This document shows, in pieces, positions 27,636 to 35,433 of a stretch of 51,263 nt of DNA (position 1 is its first letter; each line of letters starts with the position of its first letter). The stretch comes from a virus. Below the pieces are notes generated by a model, which worked only from the letters and a program-made list of their open reading frames with translations, made no database searches and had not been told where the DNA came from. The stretch is from IMG/VR virus record IMGVR_UViG_3300045988_171568; one strand, given 5' to 3'. Both the position numbers and the translations under genes were made by a program.

Positions 27636-28144
27636 AATTTATGAGCATATGTGATATTATACGATATAAGGCAAGCCGGCATATTCTGCTGGCTTCCTTT
27701 CTATGTCTTATACTGGCATGCTCCTGCCGCAGCATTAAGTACGTCCCTGTACAAAGCCAGATAGACAGTGTAGTAGTAGAAAAGCCTGTAGAAGTACATA
27801 TACCGCCAGACAGTTCTACTATCTATGCTTTGCTGGAATGCGATAAAAACGGAAAAGTCTTACTTAAGCAGCTGGATATTGTTAACAGCAAGAACGCACA
27901 GGCTCAGCTAACCATAGACTTTCTGGGAAACTTGAAGGCTCAGATGAAAACAAAACATGACACAGTATATATTCCTTCAAAAACGATTACAATAACTAAG
28001 AAAGAGCAAGTTCCATATCCAGTCGAAAAAGAACTTAGCCAGTGGCAAAAATTATGTATTAAGTTAGGCGGATGGGCGTTTGCCGTCATTATTATAGGAA
28101 TAATATTTATTGTAAAAAAAGTTATTGATAAATTTAGGAAATAG
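27632..28144 (+). CDS. Unimolecular spanin-like protein (N-terminal lipoprotein signal plus C-terminal TM)
   Basis: 170 aa. Lipobox-like LILAC. C-terminal TM WAFAVIIIGIIFIV followed by KKVIDKFRK. Last gene of the lysis cassette. Confidence 0.55.
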   Translation: MKFMSICDIIRYKASRHILLASFLCLILACSCRSIKYVPVQSQIDSVVVEKPVEVHIPPDSSTIYALLECDKNGKVLLKQLDIVNSKNAQAQLTIDFLGNLKAQMKTKHDTVYIPSKTITITKKEQVPYPVEKELSQWQKLCIKLGGWAFAVIIIGIIFIVKKVIDKFRK

Positions 28145-28219
28145 CCTGATAAATAATTTATATTACTATATTTGCATTGCTAGAATAAACTAAAATATTA
28201 ACAACTAAACGAGTGTAAT

Positions 28220-28390
28220 ATGAAAGAAAAATGGTTAAAAGTTAAATCTTTAATTGACGAAGGAAAGTTAGCAGAAGCCAAGTCTTTAGTTGACGAAATT
28301 GTTGCAAGTGTTCCAGAAACTTCAGCCGAACAAGATGATGAAAAAACTACTATCGGTGGTGGTGCTATTGACTTTCCTATAAAAAAGTAG
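28220..28390 (+). CDS. Small acidic protein (56 aa, below the ORF-track cutoff)
   Basis: Read manually as MKEKWLKVKSLIDEGKLAEAKSLVDEIVASVPETSAEQDDEKTTIGGGAIDFPIKK. Preceded by TAtaTTTG at 28167-28174. Followed 3 nt later by the next ATG. Confidence 0.45.
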   Translation: MKEKWLKVKSLIDEGKLAEAKSLVDEIVASVPETSAEQDDEKTTIGGGAIDFPIKK

Positions 28391-28393
28391 GAT

Positions 28394-28792
28394 ATGATTA
28401 AAACAGCAATAAAATTGCTTACTCCGTTCATTGTGTCTATTGTAGACATAATAGGCGGAGTTCTTTTATACTTAAGATGTGAGGGATATAGTATAAATCC
28501 AATATATAGAGAAGTTCTAAGTCATTTTTCAGGATCTTCTTTATTACTGATTTTATATGTCATAGTTTCCTCTCCCCACATGTGTAAGTATTATAAAACC
28601 TCATGTTGGCTTTTATTGACTTTTCATGTAATGTCTTTATTGTACATCTTTACAGATATTACAACGCTATTTTATATTTATATTACATGGGTTATTATGG
28701 TTGCGTCTTTGGTTTGTTGGACTATTTCAATTCTTAGCTGTAAAACTTACAAAACTATAAATCAATCCTGCAAACGTTTAGAAACAAAATAA
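28394..28792 (+). CDS. Polytopic (about 4-TM) membrane protein, moron
   Basis: 132 aa, strongly hydrophobic and Cys-rich. Confidence 0.5.
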   Translation: MIKTAIKLLTPFIVSIVDIIGGVLLYLRCEGYSINPIYREVLSHFSGSSLLLILYVIVSSPHMCKYYKTSCWLLLTFHVMSLLYIFTDITTLFYIYITWVIMVASLVCWTISILSCKTYKTINQSCKRLETK

Positions 28793-29117
28793 ACACACTG
28801 ATACCATATTCTCTTAATAAGTTCAGATCAAACTTTTTGCCTCGAAGTGTAGCGATGTGAAAGGCTATGATTTCTATATTCTTTGATACTCCTATCTTTT
28901 TGCGAATATTATCCAGATGGTTATTTACAGTTTTAGGCGAAATAAATAATTTTTCGCCTATTTCTTTTTCCGTCATGCCATGCGACAGATACTCTATTAT
29001 ATCCTGTTCTCGTCGTGTAATTGGGTAATTTACCCTATTGTCCTCTTGTAGCATTATAGATAATTTTGTTACATCTAAGATAATCAAAAAAATCTTGGTT
29101 TGCAACGCCTTAAGCAT
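28755..29117 (-). CDS. LuxR/GerE-family HTH regulator (the start may be the internal Met at 29054)
   Basis: EQDIIEYLSHGMTEKEIGEKLFISPKTVNNHLDNIRKKIG. The only minus-strand gene in the middle of the phage. Its 3' end overlaps 28394-28792 by 38 nt. Confidence 0.7.
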   Translation of the reverse strand: MLKALQTKIFLIILDVTKLSIMLQEDNRVNYPITRREQDIIEYLSHGMTEKEIGEKLFISPKTVNNHLDNIRKKIGVSKNIEIIAFHIATLRGKKFDLNLLREYGISVFILFLNVCRIDL

Positions 29118-29144
29118 TAAGAGGGCAAATTAAATACATTAAAA

Positions 29145-29633
29145 ATGGAAATGCAGGATTATGTAGCAATGCGTGAATTAGAACAGAATCACGGTAGTTG
29201 CTGGGCAAAGAGTTCCCCATTATGGGTAATTGCTGCTGTATTGGTAATTGGCTTCTTTGTCTATAACTGGACTAAGAGCTGTAATGAAAAGGTTGCTTTC
29301 GCGACTGGTCTGGCCAACCTTGACGGACGTATTAACTGTCTTACTCCGCAAGTTGGTAAACTTAACGATCAGATGTATGGTTCAGCACAAGCCTTTGCTG
29401 GTTTGACTGTCGGTCTGGACGAAACTCGTAGAGATTTCGGCAATCAGCTCGGACAGCTGAACAATACTGTTTTCTACAATCCGGTAAACAACGGATGGTA
29501 TGGAACCGGTACTCAACGCAACGGATGTGGATGCGGATGCCCTAGCCGTGTATTTGCACAAACATCTACTTACGCACAGACAGGTACTCCACAGGTTACT
29601 GTAACTGAAAGTTCTGCTAACGATTGTTGCTAA
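29145..29633 (+). CDS. Single-TM protein with a Cys-rich C-terminus
   Basis: 162 aa. TM PLWVIAAVLVIGFFVY. C-terminal NGCGCGCPS...NDCC. Confidence 0.45.
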   Translation: MEMQDYVAMRELEQNHGSCWAKSSPLWVIAAVLVIGFFVYNWTKSCNEKVAFATGLANLDGRINCLTPQVGKLNDQMYGSAQAFAGLTVGLDETRRDFGNQLGQLNNTVFYNPVNNGWYGTGTQRNGCGCGCPSRVFAQTSTYAQTGTPQVTVTESSANDCC

Positions 29634-29662
29634 AAATTGCGGTTTTGCCGCTTTTACAAACT

Positions 29663-29697
29663 GAGGGCGGCTATTTGTCGCCCTCTTATCTTTCTTA
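29663..29697 (+). terminator. Intrinsic terminator
   Basis: 7-bp stem GAGGGCG/CGCCCTC followed by a T-rich tail. Confidence 0.45.
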
Positions 29698-29701
29698 AGT
29701 T

Positions 29702-30097
29702 ATGTCAGTCTTCACCTACAAAAAGAAAACAATAGAAACGAATTTTCGTAGCCGGGCAGAGGCATTCAACTCGATGCTGGCATATCTTATCGACGAAAAG
29801 AAAATAGATCCGATGCAGGCTGCTAAAGAAGCAAATCAGTTTGCAGAAATTTTTGCGGTCAACATGGGTTTGCCTACTAATATTGAACCTGAGCGTAAAG
29901 GTTACGATAAAGTAATGTATTACGTAAAGGAAACAGTTACCATGGTTAAGGAGAATCCGGAAATCGTAAACTATTTAATTCCGGCAGCAACTTTCATAGC
30001 CGGTTTGTTTACAGGCAAAAAAGCCGAACAGGTACAAGAGCCGGTAAATGAACATCCGGAAGTACAGGAACCTATAGACTTTGACAACGTAAAATAA
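29702..30097 (+). CDS. Hypothetical protein (one C-terminal TM)
   Basis: 131-aa ORF. Confidence 0.4.
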   Translation: MSVFTYKKKTIETNFRSRAEAFNSMLAYLIDEKKIDPMQAAKEANQFAEIFAVNMGLPTNIEPERKGYDKVMYYVKETVTMVKENPEIVNYLIPAATFIAGLFTGKKAEQVQEPVNEHPEVQEPIDFDNVK

Positions 30098-30098
30098 T

Positions 30099-30347
30099 AT
30101 GCTAAGAAAATTATATATTGTGATAGACTGCGACGATGAAGAACAAGTGCAGACTATACAACAGGAATTGAATAACTTTTCAAACTCCCGCGTTCTCACC
30201 GGTAAAAAAATAATGTCTATGTTACCCTACTACAAGAGTCACCGGAACTCGCTTAACGAGCTTTTCAAGCTTGTATCTCAGGGTGGCGTTAAGGCAGTAT
30301 TATCCATGAAGGGAGCACAACTCATGACTAAACTTTCTTCCAAATGA
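30099..30347 (+). CDS. Hypothetical protein
   Basis: 82-aa ORF. Confidence 0.35.
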   Translation: MLRKLYIVIDCDDEEQVQTIQQELNNFSNSRVLTGKKIMSMLPYYKSHRNSLNELFKLVSQGGVKAVLSMKGAQLMTKLSSK

Positions 30348-30592
30348 TAGATGTAATTAACAAGGAATGTTGCGGAGATTGCACTAAGTGTACACTCATC
30401 AACGAAGTACCAGGGTTCGATTTTTACGGATGTGTATTAAACCAGATGTTTCAGAAAATGATTCGTATGGAAAACAGAATCAGTAATATCGAAAAACAAG
30501 AGAAACGTATAACTATTATTGATAACGATAAAAACTTGATAGAAAATGAAACAAGCAGTGAGAAATTGCCTGAACAAAAAGGGGAAAAATGA
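30344..30592 (+). CDS. Hypothetical Cys-rich small protein
   Basis: 82 aa. Contains CCGDCTKCTL...C. Confidence 0.35.
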   Translation: MIDVINKECCGDCTKCTLINEVPGFDFYGCVLNQMFQKMIRMENRISNIEKQEKRITIIDNDKNLIENETSSEKLPEQKGEK

Positions 30593-30971
30593 GTTCTGGA
30601 ACAACGATTACTACCAGACTTATAAGATGCATCATGGAATGCACTTCAGCAATAGACTTGCTGAATACGCCAGCTCAAAAATGATTAATGCCAACAACAC
30701 GCACCACATGTGGACCTGCAAGGATGTCGAAGAAGCATTTAGCGCGTTGGGATTTAAACTCCCGGAAAAATATACATGGGGAGATGCTACTTATGCAGCC
30801 AACATGATCTACTCCGATTATGCCCAGTTGCTTAAGATTGATACTGATGCCGTAAAGATGGCGTATGCTCTTCTTACTGATCCGGACGGCTACGAAGGCA
30901 TGATATTCAACCGCTATACAGCAGATATCATGGAAAAAGGAGAATGTATTCCGTGGAAAGACTTGATTTGA
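30546..30971 (+). CDS. Hypothetical protein (start uncertain)
   Basis: 141-aa ORF overlapping the upstream ORF by 47 nt. Confidence 0.35.
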   Translation: MKQAVRNCLNKKGKNEFWNNDYYQTYKMHHGMHFSNRLAEYASSKMINANNTHHMWTCKDVEEAFSALGFKLPEKYTWGDATYAANMIYSDYAQLLKIDTDAVKMAYALLTDPDGYEGMIFNRYTADIMEKGECIPWKDLI

Positions 30972-31120
30972 ATTGTCTTAATCCTTATTTTTATGGATAA
31001 AAAACAATAGTTTGAACGACATGCATGTAAAGATATGCTGATGATATATCGTCACTGTGAGATATACAGCCCGTTTTTAAGCTGTATTAATATAAATGCT
31101 AATTTTAAATTTTAAAAAAA

Positions 31121-31363
31121 ATGATACTTGATAATGGAGTAAAACTAACAGACGAAGCTATTGATATGCTGCGTACTATGCAGGAAGACAATAACAGTAC
31201 AATAGAATCACTTATAGAAGGTGTTGAAAATATTGAAGAAATGGTTGCTAATCCGGAATCAGATCCAAACAGTGACGAACGTATTCTTATGATACAGCAG
31301 CTTCATGGTATTAGAAAATTATTAAGACGACTTAAAGTTATACCTGGTTATGCATACGAATAA
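31121..31363 (+). CDS. Small acidic helical protein, third paralog of 12350-12586 and 34674-34910
   Basis: 80 aa. Shares the pattern KLTDEAIDMLRTMQEDNNSTIE...ERILMIQQLHGIRKLLRRLKVIPGYAY. Confidence 0.6.
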   Translation: MILDNGVKLTDEAIDMLRTMQEDNNSTIESLIEGVENIEEMVANPESDPNSDERILMIQQLHGIRKLLRRLKVIPGYAYE

Positions 31364-31607
31364 TTCAGATAAAGAAAACGATTACATCGTATCTCTTATG
31401 TCAGTATATGCTCCGGCACTTTCAGAGTGCGAAGCAACACATTGGTTTACCACGCACGAAGTTTTCGAAGCAATTCGTAATATTGATCCGGCTACATCCG
31501 TAACCGAGTCAGATGTATACCAGATACTTCACGATGCCGGTTTCCGTTATCAGCCTCGCCCAGGCAGTGTAGGCTGTGAGTTCCGGTGGATGATGAAACA
31601 GAAATAA
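31350..31607 (+). CDS. Hypothetical protein
   Basis: 85-aa ORF coupled to the paralog. Confidence 0.4.
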   Translation: MHTNNSDKENDYIVSLMSVYAPALSECEATHWFTTHEVFEAIRNIDPATSVTESDVYQILHDAGFRYQPRPGSVGCEFRWMMKQK

Positions 31608-31639
31608 TTTCGTTTTTTTCAATAAATTGGACTTATAAG

Positions 31640-31673
31640 GAAGACATGCAGTGATGCACGTCTTCTTTTTTTT
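31640..31673 (+). terminator. Strong intrinsic terminator
   Basis: 11-bp stem (one mismatch), GTGA loop, then T8. Confidence 0.7.
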
Positions 31674-31843
31674 ATTAGAATAAAAGATTTCTGGGAACAT
31701 TATAGTGAATTAAATTTAGAGGACTGGTCGAAATATTAATCAAAATAAAATACTATATTATTTTGATTTTTCATTAATAATTCGTATTTTTGTAATACAA
31801 ATAAATATCGAAAGTGAGACACACTTATAAACTGTACAACATT

Positions 31844-32263
31844 ATGAAAACATTTGGTGGTAATTCAGGTTATGTCGGTTATTCAATGAGCAAAAGAGCG
31901 TTGAATGCACGTAATGAAGGTTCTTATCCTAAGACTGAATTTAAAAAAGAGTATTCTGTCACAGCATCACATTTTGATTATCTTAAAGAAGCTCGAATTA
32001 TCTATGTGTCAGAATGGCATCATACGTCAAAGTATGGTAACAGAACAGACTTTTACCGCTGGTCTGAGGATGAATATATTGAACTTTACCAGTCTGCGAA
32101 AAAAGAGATATCAGGATTTATCAAATCTGTAGGGAAAGCTCCTAAGATGTCAGATTATAGCATCGAAAAGATGCAACTATTCTGCATGGATCATGATGCG
32201 TATATTCAGCGGAAGAAGGAAGTAATAAAAAAAATTCAAGATATATTCTACAATGAAGATTAA
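31844..32263 (+). CDS. Hypothetical protein (GYSMS...EWHHTSKY motif)
   Basis: 139 aa from MKTFGG. Promoter TTTG (31762-31765), N19, TAttTTTG (31785-31792). Confidence 0.45.
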   Translation: MKTFGGNSGYVGYSMSKRALNARNEGSYPKTEFKKEYSVTASHFDYLKEARIIYVSEWHHTSKYGNRTDFYRWSEDEYIELYQSAKKEISGFIKSVGKAPKMSDYSIEKMQLFCMDHDAYIQRKKEVIKKIQDIFYNED

Positions 32264-32609
32264 TAAGGTGACAATGATACACAGAGGGTTATACGCACAT
32301 ATATGTCCTCTGTGTGGAAATATACTTGCATCGTCTTCAGAAAAAGATATGATGCCTGAGTTCTCAATATGCGAATGTGACAAGAATGGTAACAAGTTGC
32401 CTGTGTATGAAACATACAATGCAGGTGATTCTATAATGATCCGCAGAAATACTTATCCCCGGTTTGTTGGTAAGGTAACGATGGGGGTGCAGTCTGACAT
32501 AGAGGATGTCAAGTGGATTGATAATGTTAATAATGTAATGGATGCAGCTAAGGCAATGAACAAGGCTGCTGAATTTTTGTGTAAAAGGAAAAACTATGAT
32601 AAGCGTTGA
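32253..32609 (+). CDS. Hypothetical zinc-ribbon-like protein
   Basis: 118 aa. Contains CPLCG...CECD. Confidence 0.4.
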   Translation: MKINKVTMIHRGLYAHICPLCGNILASSSEKDMMPEFSICECDKNGNKLPVYETYNAGDSIMIRRNTYPRFVGKVTMGVQSDIEDVKWIDNVNNVMDAAKAMNKAAEFLCKRKNYDKR

Positions 32610-32877
32610 CCAACAGGTTATGTGCGAGAGGCTCTATAAGGAAGGTAAGCTAAAGATTAAGGAGATTATGGCAGTGACCGGTATTCGCTCTGAACAGACC
32701 GTATACCGAATACTGGATGCTGCTGGCATTCCCAGACGACCAACAAGGGGAACGGTCATGAAAGCTACGATTTCGATGGATAAGGAAACTGTTGATATCA
32801 TTAATAGAGTAAACCCTAGGAACTTATCTGAATGGATATGTGACCTGATTAAAAAATCTTATAATGATGAAAGTTAA
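32596..32877 (+). CDS. Small DNA-binding protein (N-terminal HTH, C-terminal RHH/CopG-like segment)
   Basis: 93 aa. Contains IKEIMAVTGIRSEQTVYRIL and ATISMDKETVDIINRVNPRNLSEWICDLIKK. A terminator hairpin follows at about 32876-32905. Confidence 0.45.
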   Translation: MISVDQQVMCERLYKEGKLKIKEIMAVTGIRSEQTVYRILDAAGIPRRPTRGTVMKATISMDKETVDIINRVNPRNLSEWICDLIKKSYNDES

Positions 32878-33072
32878 AGGCAGGGGATAATCCTCTGCCT
32901 TTCTTGTGTCAAACAATCTTATAAGCAACAACCCTAAAAGAACGTTGCAGATATAATATTTATATTATTATACTGCTTTTTTAGTTTTATAATATAACCT
33001 TTGTTTAGTCTAAAAATTATACTGATATTTGCATTGATAGTTGTATTTTTGATAAACATTAATTTTTAATAT

Positions 33073-34152
33073 ATGGATTTTAAAGATTCTATTAAGCAAC
33101 TTTCAGACCGTGTTTTAAAGCTGAAAGATAATATCCTGACAGAAGAAGCTACTAAAAATGCATTTATTATGCCATTTATCAATGCATTAGGATATGATGT
33201 ATTTAATCCTTTAGAAGTTATTCCAGAAATGACTTGCGATATAGCAATGAAAAAAGGAGAAAAAATTGATTATGCTATAATGAAAGATGGAGAACCTATT
33301 CTTTTAATAGAGTGTAAACATTGGCAACAAGATCTTAATTTGCACGATAATCAATTAATAAGATATTTTAATGTGTCAAAAGCAAAATTTGGCTTGTTAA
33401 CAAATGGTATAATATATCGTTTTTATACAGATTTATTAGAGCCAAATAAAATGGATGAAAAACCTTTTTTAGAAGTAGATATTACTGATGTAAAAGATTC
33501 TCAAATAGAAGAACTTAAAAAGTTTCATAAATCATATTTTGATATTGATAACATATTAAGCTCTGCAAGTGAATTAAAATATATGGGAGAACTTAAGGGT
33601 ATTATGAATAAAGAATTTAGTAATCCTTCTCCTGAATTAGTTAAGTTATTTGCAAAACAAATATATGACGGTCCTATTACAGCAAAACTTTTAGAACAGT
33701 TTACTGTATTAACAAAAAAATCTATTTCCAGCTATATAAATGAAATTATATCTGACCGTCTAAAAACTGCTTTAAAAACAGAATCAGATGTTGTAAACTC
33801 AGAACAATCAGTTTCTTTACATCAAGAAGAATCTGTTCAGAATGAAGATAATAAGATTGTTACAACTGAAGAAGAAATTGAAAGTTATCTTATTGTAAAA
33901 TCTATATTACGACCTTATGTAGATATTTCACGAGTTTTTTACAGAGATGCGCAAACCTATTTTGCTATACTGCTTGATGACAATAACAGAAAACCTATTT
34001 GTAGAATGTATTTTAATGCCATAAGTAAAAAATACATTGCTACATTCGATTCACAGAAAAAAGAAACAAAGCATGAAATCTCTTCATTAAATGATATATA
34101 TGAATATAGTAAAGAACTTATTGACATTGTAAAATCATACGATGAAAAGTAA
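33073..34152 (+). CDS. HsdR_N-type (PD-(D/E)xK-like) nuclease-domain protein
   Basis: 359 aa. N-terminal EEATKNAFIMPFINALGY...KIDYAI...PILLIECKHW...GLLTNG matches the pattern of the type I restriction R-subunit N-terminal domain. Very AT-rich. Has its own promoter near 33000-33051. Confidence 0.55.
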   Translation: MDFKDSIKQLSDRVLKLKDNILTEEATKNAFIMPFINALGYDVFNPLEVIPEMTCDIAMKKGEKIDYAIMKDGEPILLIECKHWQQDLNLHDNQLIRYFNVSKAKFGLLTNGIIYRFYTDLLEPNKMDEKPFLEVDITDVKDSQIEELKKFHKSYFDIDNILSSASELKYMGELKGIMNKEFSNPSPELVKLFAKQIYDGPITAKLLEQFTVLTKKSISSYINEIISDRLKTALKTESDVVNSEQSVSLHQEESVQNEDNKIVTTEEEIESYLIVKSILRPYVDISRVFYRDAQTYFAILLDDNNRKPICRMYFNAISKKYIATFDSQKKETKHEISSLNDIYEYSKELIDIVKSYDEK

Positions 34153-34168
34153 AATTTATCTGTTTTCC

Positions 34169-34199
34169 TTTGTTATAAAAAAATAAATGCTCATATTTG
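34169..34199 (+). promoter_or_regulatory. Bacteroides-type promoter of cassette B
   Basis: TTTG (34169-34172), N19, cAtaTTTG (34192-34199). Confidence 0.5.
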
Positions 34200-34203
34200 C
34201 AGT

Positions 34204-34378
34204 GCTTACCATTTGAAACAGGCGAGAAGGCTCGCCAAATACTTTGCTGCGGGCATTTTTTATGTCTAAAGCACTGCATATATCTTATAGTTCCGTCCCG
34301 TGTGGAGTGTTAATGCACCCACAGCCTGTTTCAGGTGGTAAGCAACGGGGAGCGGAACTTTTCTTGTTTTCTCCCCGT
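34204..34378 (+). ncRNA. Structured 5' leader RNA, copy B
   Basis: A 19-bp long-range helix (34204-34222 with 34325-34343, two G-U pairs) encloses hairpins. It also encloses the identical 26-nt block at 34297-34322. An 8-bp hairpin pairs 34345-34352 with 34371-34378. Confidence 0.6.
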
Positions 34379-34419
34379 AATTAACTAACATATTGTTTCA
34401 TTTTAAATGCTTACCAAAA

Positions 34420-34677
34420 ATGAAAAATCAAATTGCATTGCCTGTAAGTCAGGCAAGAGAAAGCCGTATTACTTTATGGCTGGAAAGCGAGAACAGTATT
34501 ATTACCTCTATTATGGAGGAATCCGTATCAAACCGCCAGACACTTCTGCTGTCAAACGCTATGCTGGCTTTTTCCGTTATGGCATGTTCTGTATTCCTAC
34601 ACTGGGCAGCTGCCTTAATCTGCCTTATATGGTTTATTCTTTCACTTATCATGTGCCGGAAAGGAGGTTTGCGATGA
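34420..34677 (+). CDS. Small two-TM membrane protein (cassette B)
   Basis: About 85 aa from MKNQIAL. Paralog of 12105-12353. Confidence 0.6.
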   Translation: MKNQIALPVSQARESRITLWLESENSIITSIMEESVSNRQTLLLSNAMLAFSVMACSVFLHWAAALICLIWFILSLIMCRKGGLR

Positions 34678-34910
34678 AAATACAGGGAGCTAAAATAACA
34701 GACCGTGCGATAGGACTTATACGCACATTGCAGGAAAGCGACAACAGTACGATAGAAGCTCTTCAGGAATCTATCTACGATATCGAGGAACTTGTTTTAA
34801 ATCCGGAAGCAGATGCTTCTTTTGGCGACAGGCTGGTCATGATGCAGACATTACGGGAGTTCCGTCGCCTTCTCGACGAATTAAGAGTCAGACCGAATTA
34901 TAAATACTGA
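34674..34910 (+). CDS. Small acidic helical protein (cassette B)
   Basis: 78 aa from MKIQGAKITD. ATGA overlap. AAGGAGG at 34661-34667. Confidence 0.65.
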   Translation: MKIQGAKITDRAIGLIRTLQESDNSTIEALQESIYDIEELVLNPEADASFGDRLVMMQTLREFRRLLDELRVRPNYKY

Positions 34911-34917
34911 TTGTAAC

Positions 34918-34963
34918 AGAGAGCAAACTTCAGGCTGAAACCTGTCCTTTGCTCTCTTTTTTT
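34918..34963 (+). terminator. Intrinsic terminator of cassette B
   Basis: 10-bp stem AGAGAGCAAA/TTTGCTCTCT followed by T6. Confidence 0.7.
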
Positions 34964-34995
34964 ATCTCTATATCTTAGCTTGAAAAAGAAAAGCT

Positions 34996-35433
34996 ATGAT
35001 TACAGACCAGATGATTAAGACACAGTTTATCAGCAGTGTTGTATCGGCAGGAATCAAGAAAACACAGACCATACAGCAAGATATTATCCGTAAAAATCTG
35101 AATGTGATATCAGGCGATTTGCTTGCTTCTGTAAAAAAAATTCCGCTGGAAATGCAAGATGCAAACAAGCAGACATTCTATATGACTGTCTTGCCTTATA
35201 TGCGTTTTCTTGATATCTATTTCCGGCAGGATATGGGGCTTCGCCGAAACCTGGCATTATATAACCGCACCGTTTGGGGAGTTCTTTACGGCGAAACACA
35301 GCATATATTACGATATGGTCTGTCTGAAGATATCAGAAAGTACATTACCGCCCAGCTACAGCAGGGAAAAGATGTTGACTTAAGCAATCAGTATTCATCA
35401 ATAGAAGGTTACGATTTATGGCAAAACGATTAA
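34996..35433 (+). CDS. Tail-module protein upstream of the tape measure (possible assembly chaperone)
   Basis: 145 aa. Assigned from position only. Confidence 0.35.
   Translation: MITDQMIKTQFISSVVSAGIKKTQTIQQDIIRKNLNVISGDLLASVKKIPLEMQDANKQTFYMTVLPYMRFLDIYFRQDMGLRRNLALYNRTVWGVLYGETQHILRYGLSEDIRKYITAQLQQGKDVDLSNQYSSIEGYDLWQND

Noticed and set aside
28198-28449. Minus-strand 83-aa ORF from the track
   Set aside because: It is low-complexity and has no promoter context. A plus-strand 56-aa ORF (28220-28390) sits behind a consensus -7 box and is coupled to the next plus-strand gene, which explains the region better.
32608-32745. Two isolated GACCAACA octamers (32608-32615 and 32738-32745) as a possible second iteron site, like the P4 crr
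   Set aside because: About 1.6 copies of any 8-mer are expected by chance in this window. Two copies 130 bp apart inside a coding region are not significant without binding data.
34996-35433. Canonical G/GT -1 frameshift chaperone pair upstream of the tape measure
   Set aside because: Only one 145-aa ORF is present. I saw no overlapping downstream frame of useful length and no slippery heptamer.
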